The translations under genes were made by a program, and so were the position numbers. From assembly GCA_973895155.1 (NCBI GenBank), contig OZ316898.1, positions 12,237,187-12,301,186 of the forward strand: a stretch of 64,000 nt of DNA, written 5' to 3'. The notes under the pieces are model-generated. The model did not search any database, had not been told where the DNA came from, and worked only from the letters and a program-made list of their open reading frames with translations. Shown here in pieces: positions 12,067 to 24,588 of this stretch (position 1 is the first letter of the stretch; each line of letters opens with the position of its first letter). This DNA is from Marsupella aquatica. Taxonomy: Eukaryota > Plantae > Marchantiophyta.

Positions 12067-13281
12067 TTAAAGCTCAGCAAGTTGAGGGCGACTCCAGATC
12101 GTTTTAGAGAGCTGACAAATTTTACTATAGATGAATTTTTTGAGCTGTGTGCTAAAGTTGCCCCAACCATCACTTGTAATGCACGATCTACAGGAGTACG
12201 TGCTAAAGTCTCTGGCCGACCATGTAAGCTCAGCCCTGAATAGAGGATTCTCAATTTCATTCTTTATATGAAGCATGATAACATTATTCATTTTGACTCC
12301 ATGCTATGGAACTGGGCTCAGTCTGCAGTCTGTGATGATGCTTTTTTTGTAGCCTCTTGTTTGCATGATGCCATTGCAGATGAAATCCGTTGGCCATCAC
12401 CTGAAGCCCTGGGCCCTCAGTCTTAACTAATACATGGAGGACGTGTGAACGCTCGAAGGATAGTTTTTATTCATTTTGAACTAATAATTATAATTATTAC
12501 TGGTAACAAGGGAAATTTTAATGGTAAAATGGAAATAACAAGGGGTAAACACAAAAAGGGCCCGATCGCAGGGGGGTCCACTTCTTTTGCACGGAGTGAG
12601 GGCCCAGGGACCTGAAGAGAGGAGAGAGTTAGCCCAACACGTTTATCAGTTGCCTGAATGTATTGGTATAGTTGATGGTACACTAGTTAGGATCCGAAGG
12701 CCTTATGAAAATGAGCACCATTCTAAGTGGTTTCAGGGACGAAAGAAAATGTACTGCATGAACAGCTCTATGATTGTAGATCACCATGGTCTCTTCATCT
12801 TTGTTGATCTCGGCTATCCCGGAAGTTTCCATGATGTAACTATCCTGAAGCATTCCTGGGTGGAGCAGAATTGGAGGGATTTGTTCACTAATTTGGGTCC
12901 AGAGTACTGTGAGTACATCCTTGGTGACCAAGGATATACCAGCATGGAGAAGTACATCATGCGGGGTTTTCCAAAGCTGAAATCAATGCAATGCGCTTGG
13001 ACAACAATTGTGCTATCAAGCAAATCAACAAAATGCTTTCAGGTTATAGAGTTCGGGTAGAATGGGGTATTGGAGGCCTCAAGATGAAGTGGAGACGACT
13101 GCAGAAATGTTTTGACCTAGTAAAGCCAAAGTTTGCAATCACCTTCCAAGCAGTTGCTTTGATGACCAATTTCCTCCATCGTCGTCGACAAAATATGCGT
13201 GCAACCATTGAAGGTCCAAAGGAGCAAAGACATGACAGGCGAGGTTGGGCTGGAGACCCACAGGGCTTTGCACTTAGATAG
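12067..13281 (+). pseudogene. PIF/Harbinger (HARBI1-like, DDE_Tnp_4) transposase pseudogene
   Basis: Motifs FRELTNFTIDEFFEL, IRWPS, GIVDGT, YPGSFHD, ILGDQGY and RVRVEWGIGGLKMKWRRL (D-D-E triad). Disrupted by TAG at 12241, a MITE at 12407-12609 and a frameshift near 12962. Confidence 0.9.
12407..12609. mobile_element. 203-bp MITE with 13-bp TIR CCCTGGGCCCTCA and 8-bp TSD ACCTGAAG
   Basis: TSD at 12399-12406 and 12610-12617; removal restores WPSPEERREL in frame. Confidence 0.92.
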
Positions 13282-13764
13282 ATACATATATGCTATAGTT
13301 TTGAAGCTCAACAAATAGAGCATATGTAAAGACAGTGTGATCGGCTCTTTTTACATATAAATAAATCAAACTGTTTTGGCAAATTGATCCTCCTACATCA
13401 TGATTATTTGTGGTTTCATCTGTACATTCTTTTGAGTCTACAACTACAACACAAATCCAGATTTAATCAATCACATTTTCCGTGTGAAAGCATAAATCCA
13501 ATCAATTGCAGTGTTTGTGGACCTGGTCCCAGCAGAATGAAATAAATTCAATCAATCACAGTGACTCTGGTCAAAGCATCAACCTTTGCGCACCATATGG
13601 TGCATCACTATTTCAGTAATTGTTTTCGATACAATTAAAGTGTTTGTAGTGAACGATATATCCACCATAAAACCAACTAAGTATCTGAATTGAACTGCCA
13701 TGTCAACAATACTGCTACTTAGCTACACCTCAAAACTGAGCCTCAAAATTGCCCCAATCAGGTT

Positions 13765-15528
13765 CTACAAGCTACACTCCAAAACTGCTTTGTATTTCTC
13801 ACGGAATTCATCTTCATTGAGAATACCAATGCTTTTCATCTTCTCCAAAATTGCAACTTCTGCCAAGACATTTTGCCTCGCTTGCCCTACTTGTCTGGTC
13901 TCAGCCTCTTTAGCCTTGTTATCATGTTCTTGTTTCTTGGAATTCATCATGACAGCCTTAGCTTCTGTGAGCATCTTTTTATCCCCAGAATCATCTTGGG
14001 AACGCTGGCTGATGCGGGTAAATTCAGTCAATATGCTGGATATGTCATCTCCAGCTCGCTTCAAGTTCTGTGATTTTGTAGGAGGCTTGTCTTTCATGGT
14101 TGGTGGAGATTTAGGCCGAGGAGGCCCTGTACAATTCTCTGGTCCAATGCTTGATCCTTCTGTCTCTTTTGAAGGCAGTGGAGATGGTTCAGAAGGAGTC
14201 ACTGCAGCAAAGTTCATTGGATGAATGAAGCCATTTGAAACACTCTCCCTAACCTTCAGCACGTTGCGGGCCTTCCACTAGGGAGTTTCCATGAGCTTCA
14301 TCATTAACTGCTCATCTTGCATAGTAGCTCCCTCTCCTTCAGGGTTGTTAATCCCAGACTTCATCTCTGTTAAGCTTTTGCGTAAGTGATCCTTCAAGCT
14401 GTCTTCTTGCCAGTTATACTCAAAAATGTTCATGGCGTTCGTCGCTGCTGATGGCAGGATGGCCATCTCGAGCTGCTAGGGCTCGATGCGACAGCGCTCG
14501 ATGCAACAGCATCATCTACATTCACAAGAAGAGCAGTGGCCGCAATTGGAGATCTTTCCCCAGCGCGAAGATCTGCCCTGAAACCTTCCTGGCTTAGCAG
14601 AAACGCTTTCCACCGGATCTTCCTGGTGTTGCCGCTCCTTCTTGAAGTCTGCATAAATTTGCTTCCAAACCTTGTTTGGAATCAATTGCACAATAGTCTT
14701 CTTCCTGTCCTTGCTGAAAATGTTGAAGTACTTCCAATAATCATGTACCAGCTTCCAAACGTGGTTCCCCTCAACCAGCTGTCTCCCAACAGTCTTGTGT
14801 GCAATGGTCTTCTCTTGGCCCTCGGGGGTTTAATCCAAGGGGTGTCCCATATCACGCTTGAAGTTTTGGGGGAATAAAAACCCTAAAAGTTAAGTCAATA
14901 AAGTTTTTTTAGGAATTTTTTTACCCCTAACTTAATGGAATATTCCAAGAATATTCCCATATTTGATTAAAAAAACCCTATGATTCTTATAATTCTCAAA
15001 ATTGGATTAAAATAACCCTAATGTTTTTCAACAAAAATCTAAAAGTATTTCATTAAACCCAATAAAAAAACCCTATACTTATTCGTGCGTGATGGGTAGG
15101 AAGAAAAGAAGTGAGGACCCCGGGTCTTGGCCCAAAATTTCCTTCTGCCTGTTATCACTGGACAAACCCTTCTTACTATTCTTACCTTGCAAAGTATGCC
15201 CCTTTGCGCCCTTCTGAATTTTGTCCATGCTGGTAGCTTTGTCCTGGGAATCCTCGTCAGATAGCTGGTAGATGTCCTGCTTGTCTATCTCCCGATCCTT
15301 GTCCAAAGTACACCAAGATGGCTCCTCTGAGCTTTGTCCAATACCATTCCCAATTGTTCCCCTAGAGCTGTCACTAATGGTTAGTGCTTCTGGCAGGACT
15401 TCTGGTACAAGTTGCACTATTGGCACAGGTCCAGTCCTAATGTTGTTTGCATTAATTAAATCTAGGTACTTTGAAACTGCAAGACCGCAACTTGATAAAT
15501 TTACAATCACATATTTGCGGAAACACAC
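13765..15528 (-). pseudogene. Harbinger partner ORF (Myb/SANT/MADF-like DNA-binding protein), decayed; 5' end uncertain
   Basis: Convergent with the transposase. After removing the MITE at 14821-15124 one frame reads ...KEILGQEKTIAHK...VWKLVHDYWKYF...VWKQIYADFK...WQEDSLKDHLRK... with a coiled C-terminus and several in-frame stops. The Myb-like call is by resemblance. Confidence 0.65.
14821..15124. mobile_element. 304-bp MITE with 8-bp TSD TCTTGGCC
   Basis: TSD at 14813-14820 and 15125-15132; ends ctcggggg... / ...tgaggaccccggg; close copy at 40618-40916; removal restores the host frame. Confidence 0.9.
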
Positions 15529-18500
15529 ATAGACATCACATTTTCAGGCAACACATCGCACGGCAGAGTAAAAACTTAATTGCCAAGTACATGGCAGCCC
15601 TAGTTGTATCCAACAGAGCATTTTTTAAATCTCAAATCAATTGAAATTTAGCGACAAAAGACTCTATCATATCAAATTGACTGGATCCGAGACGTACTGG
15701 AGCCAAATTGAAATCTTACTTATGATCGATCGAGCCCTTCACATGATTAAAATCATAGCGACTTAAATTGATGTGAAAGAGGGGAGCAAGCTAGGACAGA
15801 GAAACTCGTAATGCAACCCAAAATACTGCACGTAACTAGTCTTTCCTGATCGGGAATCAATCCATGCATTAGACAGGAGTTGTGACAGGAGCAGGAGTTG
15901 CGTCTTCACTCAGCACCGGTGGAGTGGATGAGCCACCCTCTATCTGCACTTGTGAGCTTCGCAGCTCAGGCCTCACTCCACTACTGCCATCAGCCACTGT
16001 AGCAAGCCACTTTTGTCTCAGCTCCAAAGTCAGCTCCCGTATGGAGCAAGGCGATCGACCTGACTTATGCTCGAGCTCCCTCTTCTGATTCATGGCGGCT
16101 GCTGGAATTGCTCGCGATCGTAGTTGCTTCCCTTCGGTTGCCATGGCCTCTGCCTTTGAACCCCTAAGTTTCATTGACGTGGGCTCCTCCCCAAATTCAT
16201 TGGAAATTGATCGGCCAAGAATGCAAATCGTGCCCGAGAACTTTTTTCCCACCACTTTCGGTGCCCCGTAACATTTCACCCTAAGTTGGATGACGCGACC
16301 CCGCAACAGTTAACCCGAGTTGCGGGTTACGGTAACTGATTGGGGTTTTCATGGGTTAAAGCTAACTCGACCTCCATTTTTTGCACTTTACGGATATCTC
16401 TAATTAAATGAAAAGGAAACAACCCAAGAGTAGTAATAACCACTCAGGTCTTACATTACAAAGATATGTCACTGGAATGGAAATGGGGGACCAGTATCTA
16501 TCACTACATGCAAATTGAATACAAAAAGACGCCTGATTTTCATGTCTAAGTTGAGGTCTTGTTGTTAATAGATCTTAGCACGGTCACTTTGATTTTTGTC
16601 TGGTTACCACATAGTTCTTTGTGATTGAATGGTACTGGAAAAAGTCACCAAGCAAGGCTGAAACACACTTTATTAGGCCTTACACGGGAGAAAAGGATAG
16701 GGGTCATAATGAGGGGACTGGTGGGGACAAAAAAGTATCAAGGGGGCTGATCAAACAAAGTATCTCAAGGAGGGGGTCTATTAAACATATCACCTAAACT
16801 CAGTGGCATAGTGATGTGGGGGTATTCATTAGGGGCATGGTGTACAGTATTCATTTGGGGGTGAGACATGCACAGTTTGAAACCGATTCCAGGGGTTTAA
16901 ACCTGTTAGGGAGTGCCCCGTTTTTGTGCAACATCAGCATTAATCTCATGTTTATTGCTGGCAAAATCCCTTCCCTTGATCAGTTATTTCAATGGAAAGT
17001 ATTGGTCTACTTCCCCAACAACCTTTTTCCCCAACAGTACCAGCACCAAAGCTCATGCTTATTACGCTGACAACCCTCCTCCTGATTAGTTGTTTCAATC
17101 GAAGGTACAGTATTGGTGTACTTAAACATGATCAGTTATTTCAATGTACAGTATTGGTGTACTTAAGGACAACAGCTTCAAGTTTTAGGTGGCAACGAAA
17201 TCTTTCAGACACCGAAGGTATCGAGATCTTAACATAATGTCACAAATGTGGTACATGCCATGTAGTTTACGGTAATACTACCGTTGGGGAACTGATATTG
17301 CAGTATAATTATGCAGTTCAGAATGTTGAAAAAGTCTGTTTGCACACGTGTTCTCATGCTATGGTCGCACGAATTGTGCAAGTCATGTGAACTGCTGTGA
17401 CTAATGAGGAACTGACAAGCAAATCAGGATCTCGGAGGGGTGATTTCCGGCACCACAATAAATCTCTCCACGCACATGTTGGCTGTTAATTATATTTAGT
17501 ACACTCTGCACGTAGTACGATCCTACCATAATTACATCATTCAAATTTATGGACTGGCTTCAAAACTTCCATATCGTTCTTGTTAGAATGTTAGCTCCTT
17601 CCGCACGGTCATGAGGTTAAGATATCCACCTTCGTGCAGTCCTTCATCTCCGTGTGAAGTGCTGTTATTCGCGTCTAACACGAGTCGAACCTTTTTCTGA
17701 GATTTTGCCTCCACAGACGTACTGGCAGCACCTTTCGAACGTGTGAATTGACACATTCAATAAGTATAATGGAGTTTAATCCCCGAAATAAGAACACAAT
17801 TGAGAACCTTCATAGTATTTCGAGGGTGGATTTTGACAGTGCTTCGAGTGTAAAGATCCCTCTGACAATCTTTGCCGCAGACATCATAGTGGCTGGCATT
17901 CCATTAGGGAGATAGATTGAAATTCCCTGACTTTCAAGTGACGAATGTAAGAACAGCTCCACTACGTGTGAGAAAGTTTTAAGAATCTAACTAGACACAA
18001 GACCATTTGCAAATCATACGGCCCCTCCTATTCAGGCAGTATTGGCATGTTATAGAGAGGATTCCATTGCATGAGATAACGAACAACCTATTAAATTTCA
18101 AATGATAAAAGGCTAGCGAATGATCACAAAAGCGAACGTAATAGGGGCGAAACCATGGAGAGTCCCACCTCTTAACGCCCACATTGTCTCAAGGAATGAG
18201 AAGGATGTGCCCAGTGACTTAAAGTTCCTTGTCCTCGGTAAAGGTCGACTCTCAACACAGTGTGAGATGGAACAAAGTACACAAAAGTGTGCCCGGTAAG
18301 TACATCTTATTCAAAGAGCTTAAAGATCGTTCCACGCTAATGTATCCTTTTAAGGAAGAATTTCCCGGAAAGCCCGGTTACTACAAGGTTCAAGGCGTGT
18401 CCTAGAAAACTCTTGCTCTCTCCCGAATGAGACTGTCATCGTTGTCTTGAGCTTGACATCTCAACCCCTGCCGAGAACGGTCAGGGAAGCAACGACCCAC

Positions 18501-19053
18501 AATCCGTGCCCACCCAGAATATAAACTGACCAACTATTGACATATCAGATCTTATCCAAAGACCTAATTCAGGCAGACGATGCAAACAGCGGTTTGTTTA
18601 AGAAAGTCAGTCACCAATATGTTAGTCATTACTTGTACATCGCAGAGGCACAAGGTTCAGGACCAATTACAAGCACCTGCTAGCTTTCCAGGTAAGAAAT
18701 GTTTCCTTTCCAGTTGGTGAACAATTCATTTTGATGCCACGAGCTAAGGCACACAGCTTGCAAATTTGTCATTGACGAGATCGCTGGCTGGCTCCGCTGT
18801 TGGAGGACTATGGAAACAGAGGTTGAGCTTGGTGCCAACTGTCTGCTGGAAATCAGCCTACCCTCTATGTCTGGGGTAAGGGGGTGAACATGCCACTCAG
18901 CCTTAGTCAAGGCCAATGGAGTAATACTATACAAACCCTGAGGACCTGGTCTGAAGATCTTGATATGTTGCTTTATTGGTTGGTTTTGGATGATTGACCA
19001 AGAAAGAATGTGGAAGCGGAGAACATGAATAGCAGCCCAGTAGATGTGAAGTA

Positions 19054-22000
19054 CTACACCTGGTGCCTCCTTGAAATGTGTTCCTGAACAAGCTTCCTAT
19101 TAATTTCAAAAATGAAGCGCATACCGCCAACCTACACAACCACAACACTGTCAATCCTTAGATCCATCATTGTCCAATAACACTCGGCATTTCTATTCAA
19201 AATACTGACCAACCCCTTACAAAGCCAGGTCCTATCCTTTACGCACAATGAACTCTACATTTCCATGACAATTCTTCTCAATCAAAACCATTTTCTAGAG
19301 AGTCGAGTCCCTGACATAAGAATAAAATGATGTAGCTCCATATCTGATATTCTGAGAAAGGATCGAAATAATAAGATGAAGGTGTTTACAAACCTCTATT
19401 AAGCAGTTGGAATTCAGAATTGCTCGTTCACCTTTCTCCACAGATATATTATTCACAGTAATGCCACGCCTTCCAAGATTTCGCAAGTAAAAAACTCCGT
19501 CCTCTTTAAGTTTAATATTTGCCTGAAAAAATCACTCATTTGATGAGCACGTGAAGCACAGTGGATGATACCTACCAAAAATCTCCTTGTTGTGCCACGT
19601 GAGTTCAACAACTACAACAGAATCCTTATCACAATGTTTGGACTAGCCAAACTACTATGCCGCCATGATCTTTCTCGTTAAAGAGACTTACCTGCTGGCG
19701 AGACACTTTGTTTGCGCGCCCTTCTTCTCCTAAATCTATGTCGACAATATTATCTGATGTTGCCCGTCCCATCAAGACCTGCCAACACCATATAATGGAA
19801 CAAAGAGCTAAATCAAAGCTGCCAGTCTGTTGCCTTGTGTAAGGGGCCACCAAAGCAGCCTTAAGCTCGTTTCACTATAAGCTACAAAGTCATCCAAATA
19901 TAGCAGTTCATTCCAGACAGTAATATTTTTTGTACTCCACATTGAAAGCGGCTTCTATCAAGGACATATTTACTCAGGAAGGTCCTCCTCAACCGAGGAA
20001 AGGGAATGACCCAGGTTCAAGTATCCTCACGCCCTCGAAAGATCCGCATCATTTATATGGATATTATTCAGCACACAAGTAGAGGTAAAACAGCATATCA
20101 AAGTTAACCAGTATACCAGTAACCAGAACATCTTCTCCCTTCTAATAGGATGTACAGTGACAGAGAAAAAGAAGTCGTTGACATGTCTATACTAACCTTA
20201 TGGCCAGCAGTTTCACAGTCTTTCATCATCAACTACCAGGCACATCACGTAAGACTTGCAAGTTTACTAAGGGACGGAGTTTTTAGATGTCCCTTAGAGA
20301 CACTGGAGTGTATACCCACCTTAGTTTGTGTGATGTAGTGTTTAGAATGTCGCCCATAGAGAATTGCAAGGGCCCCTCGCAAATGTAGCATTCTTTGCAT
20401 TGCAGCAGTGGCAGCTTGCTCTGACCTTACAACGGCTCTGCCATGTCTCCTATATATTCGTCTAGATTCTGCATTGAACCAATGGAGTTAGGACTATGAG
20501 AGAAGGCATTTCCCGACACCCAATATGTTCCACGGCCATCCTAGTCAAGAATCAGACCTATGCCAACATCTTAAGACAGTTCATCTCACAATTGGCATGA
20601 TAAAAAAGGAGAGCATAAATAGAGACCTGCTCGTGCGGAAAAGTCGTCATCTGCTACATCCAGATCCATGTCCAATATCTGCAAGAAAACGTAAAACAGT
20701 AAGTAGGAAGAAAGACACGTAACAGTACCAAAAGGAACAATTTTAAAAAGAGATGTAATAAGTCTTGCAGGGCGACTGCATTACCATAGCTTCGATATCA
20801 GAAAACCGTGCCATCTCCTCATCACTCTCGACTTCCTCCTCAATTGGATCTTGCACTGACTTTGGAGCTTCAACATTTTCCACTTCAGTATTGGGAGGCA
20901 AAATTGGCAAATCCGTACTTGGTGACGCTTCAATTTCTCTATCTCCAATCACTGGCACAACAGTTAAGGTCTGCCACTCAGTGACCACAAAACTATTTGC
21001 TGCCTGCAGCTTGCCACCACTGCTTTCTTGTGGTGCCTCTTGCTGATGCTGAACTTGAGCTGGTGTAGATGAATAACGCCCTCCCAGATCAGAAACAGAA
21101 GTAGGAATTGTGCAAATCCCTGGATTAGATACCTGACCTGCACATCTCGACCCTATTTTCTCATCGTCCACAGGATGCAATGACCGGTCAGCGTCGTTGC
21201 CCGTATTCATTGCTGAAATCTCATCACGTTTATCTTCAGATAACCCACACAGTGCAGGGTCGGTTGAGATGTCACAGAAACCATTCATCATTTCAGGCTC
21301 AATCCTCGCGCTAGAGGCACCTTGGCTTGTAGAAATGTTGATGTATTCGCCATCTGTGTATGATTTTGCATCTACGTCCTCGTCTGCATAATAAAATCCA
21401 TCACCACCTGCATCAGCGTACGGGCTGTCTGCGTAACCGACAGTTTCACCCTGGTCTGATGGAGAAGAGAATCGTGATGGCGAAGCAAGTAGTGCACCCT
21501 CAAGGCTTGGAACTTCAGTGTCTTCAGTATTCAGCGTGCACACTGAAGGTTGAAAGATACTTGGTCCCGACGTATTCTGCTGTGGGATACAACAATCCGA
21601 CAAATATGGGCAGTCCAGATCACCAGTGCATGACTCATTAGTTAGAACATTTGGTAACCGCTCATCATGCGTTTCTTCCATTGTTGTGCAATTGCAGATA
21701 TCTGCATCACCGCTTTCCTCCTCAGTATCACCAGTGAGGTACTCTCCACAACAGCACTCTCTGTAGAGGGCTTCAATTGTCTCAGCCTCTTCCATCTCAT
21801 CCGTTACGTCATTGGCATCTGTTCTTGGACTAGGAGGTTCAGTTTTCTCATTTCCTCCTAAGGTGGAACCATCATCCCTTCCCACCGGTGAGGATTCGAA
21901 CACCTTGGTATCAGCATTAGGAATTTCCTTAAGATCAACTGCTGACACTGGACATGTCGCACAGGGTTGCACATCGTTGACCTCTGCGAAATTAATACTT

Positions 22001-23519
22001 AGAACAGCCCCTTCTGCAACAATGGTCTCAACTTTATTCGCTTCAGCAATCAACCTATTATCCAATTGTAAACTCACTCCCGATGTATCTTCTTTTCCGT
22101 CTAAGACTTGCGAAGACACTGAAGAAAGCCCTGGTGTAGGATCCTCAAGACTTCCATTTCCAGCCCCATGTGATTCATTGAGATCTTTTACAGGAGTTAC
22201 TGTTTGTACACAAAATACATTACACTTTACTTCTGGACGAGCAACATCCGTCTCGGCACTTTTCGTAGAGGGGTCTAGGCAAGTTTTTGATGGCGACAAG
22301 GCAGCATCTACGTTGCACTCTGCGACAGTGATGGTCAAATCTCCGTCTCCACTCAGACCAGAATGCCTCAACTTGACGGTACTGGTTTCCGATACAATGC
22401 CTGCTGCACTATTAAGCAAGGAACCGGCTACTTCCATGGGTACATCCGAAAGGGAACCTGATCCAGAAAGTTGCCCATTGTCGAAGTGTGGAACTGCAGC
22501 ATCCTGCTTAGAACCCACCATCTGGACCAATCCACTAACTGGAAGGAGATCACTCCCTCCACTTGGCGGAACTAAAATAGGGCAACCTTCTTCCTGTTCA
22601 GGTACGTTGACAGGCACACCAGCTGGTATAGCTGCAATGACAGCCTTAACTCCACCTGCAGCGAGAAGACTATACATCTGAGAGAAGGTTCCATCCTCTG
22701 TTTCAGGAGAGTGGCCTTCCTTGGAGGGTGTTGAGCCCTGATCCATTGACTCCGTCGTCACAGCATCTGGGAGAGATCTGATTCCAGAATCCACGAGAAT
22801 GTCGACAGCTGCCCCATTACTTGCTGCGCAAGCACCATCTGCGTTGCTTCCGGTCGCATCATTTGCAGTTGCTTGGGGAACATCTTCTAGGGGCACTGAT
22901 TTCCTTCGTTTGTAGTAGAGAGTGCGGATACTATTTGCTCTCCTCTTTCGAGCGAGCTCCTGAGGGTTTTTCTGCTCTACTGGACTTTTCGGTGTGCAGT
23001 AATTACTGCTATACTCCGCTTCTACCATCCTGACTGCAGCCTGTGCCGCTATTTCTGGGTCGTATAGAAGGGCACGCCATCTTTCCCGCAGCTCTTTCAC
23101 AGTAAACCGACGAGAAAAACGCATAGCCCCTTTTGCCAAAGCCTCCATGGCTGCGCCAGCCTGCACCCTTTCATTGCTGTCTTTAGAGACTGTATACAAT
23201 GTACAAACTACTTCAAGAACAGGAAGTCTTATGAACTCAGAGAATGCAGAAGAATGAAAGAATTAAGAGAAAGCGATGATCCCAATTTAATGTCATTCAT
23301 TCAAATTGGCCCAGAGGCGTGATGATGGAAACAAATCCATAAGGTGTGAATCTCATACCTCCATCGCATTTTTGAGAAGAAGATCATCATCTACCGTCCA
23401 TAGGCTGAAGTCAGGCCGGGGACCAGTCTCCACCACAGTACCACCGGTGACGATATTAGGGGCCACTTTAGCTGCGACTTTCGCTGCTGCAGCTGTTACA
23501 CTGCCCACTACAATCTCCA
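19054..23519 (-). CDS. MCRS1: Microspherule protein 1 (MCRS1/MSP58)-like MCRS_N + FHA protein. Exons: 23519-23359, 23160-20785, 20678-20627, 20468-20320, 19778-19692, 19522-19394, 19131-19054; start codon unresolved
   Basis: MCRS_N region (WTVDDDLLLKNAME-AGAAMEALAKGAMRFSRRFTVKELRERWRALLYD), a long acidic linker, FSDIEAMILDMDL, GALAILYGR, and FHA motifs VLMGRAT..VDIDL..KVSRQQA..LRNLGRR; all junctions GT-AG and in phase. Confidence 0.92.
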
Positions 23520-24336
23520 CTGCAATCAAACAAAGGGACTAAAATTAGCCAATTCTTCTACAAAATGCTCCAGAATGATACCAACAGAACAGAGCTGTAA
23601 TAATTAAATCTGCCATCAATCTTGACCCCTCAATTTCCTGAATATTGTGCCGTTTATTGACACTGCTACCCTGTGAGGTATGGTCTACGATACGACCAGT
23701 CTAAATTACGTACAACTGATTGATGCGATATATTACCAATAGTGCCCAATAGTGCACAAATTCGCATGGTCACGAACTTCACCCAACAACTGCCATTTCT
23801 CTGATTTAACAAGATTCTCACAATGCCCTCCGCTACTACTTAGTTCTCAGAAACATCAAACCTTTATGCTTCTAACACCGAGTAGCAGGAATATACGTTA
23901 CAGAAGGACCGAAACGAAACAAAGAAACAAAGAAACAAAGAGATCATTGTTCAAGGGGAAAACCTTTGGCAGTTTGGTTGGGAGTAGCTTTACTAGAGAT
24001 TCCATTGTTTTGAAATTCTACTTTCAAGCGTTTAGAGACTCTGCCTGTTCCTCCCCCTTTTCTTTTCGGTTGCACCGCCTCCTCAGTGGCAAGTTTTCGT
24101 TTCAATATGCCCTGAAAAATGCACAGGGGCTCAGAATCTCAATTCGAGAAACCACGCAACAGCATTCATGAGAATTAAAAGCATTCATCGTCCATACAAG
24201 CATTGCTAATCGGATTTGAGAGCATAAGATCCACGACGACGCATCGTATTGGTCCCGATGCATGACGGCATCACTGTCCAACTCTAGCCAGTCCGACTTT
24301 CATGTCGCGCGAAGACACAAAGAGAGAAGGAAAAAC

Positions 24337-24588
24337 CTGACGAACAACGGGATCGGGTAGACCGCGAATAGCTCTGCCAGAGAGCGTTTCTGCCCGGGAG
24401 GTATCCCCTGAAATGGGATCATCTTGCTCCGGGTAATCAATATCGGGAAGAGGGACGTGTTTCATTGCCTCAAAAACCATCTCCATATCCACCGGCACCT
24501 CATCGTCCTCACTGTCACAAAATGGTCCTCCTACTAAATCCGTTTCTTTCCCTATCATGTTTAAGGCTTTCAAGCCTGATCCCGGCAT
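24337..24588 (-). CDS. Upstream ORF or first exon ahead of the MCRS1-like gene (84 codons, MPGSG...DSEDDEVPVDMEMVFEAMKHVPLPDIDY...VVRQ)
   Basis: ATG at 24588, protein-like acidic composition, candidate donor CAG|GTTTTT at 24337/24336. Confidence 0.45.

Noticed and set aside
15869-16306. 145-aa minus-strand ORF
   Set aside because: May be a 5' part of Harbinger ORF2, but there is no motif or splice evidence to link or name it
21812-22681. 289-aa plus-strand ORF
   Set aside because: Antisense shadow of the large MCRS1-like exon, with no independent motifs
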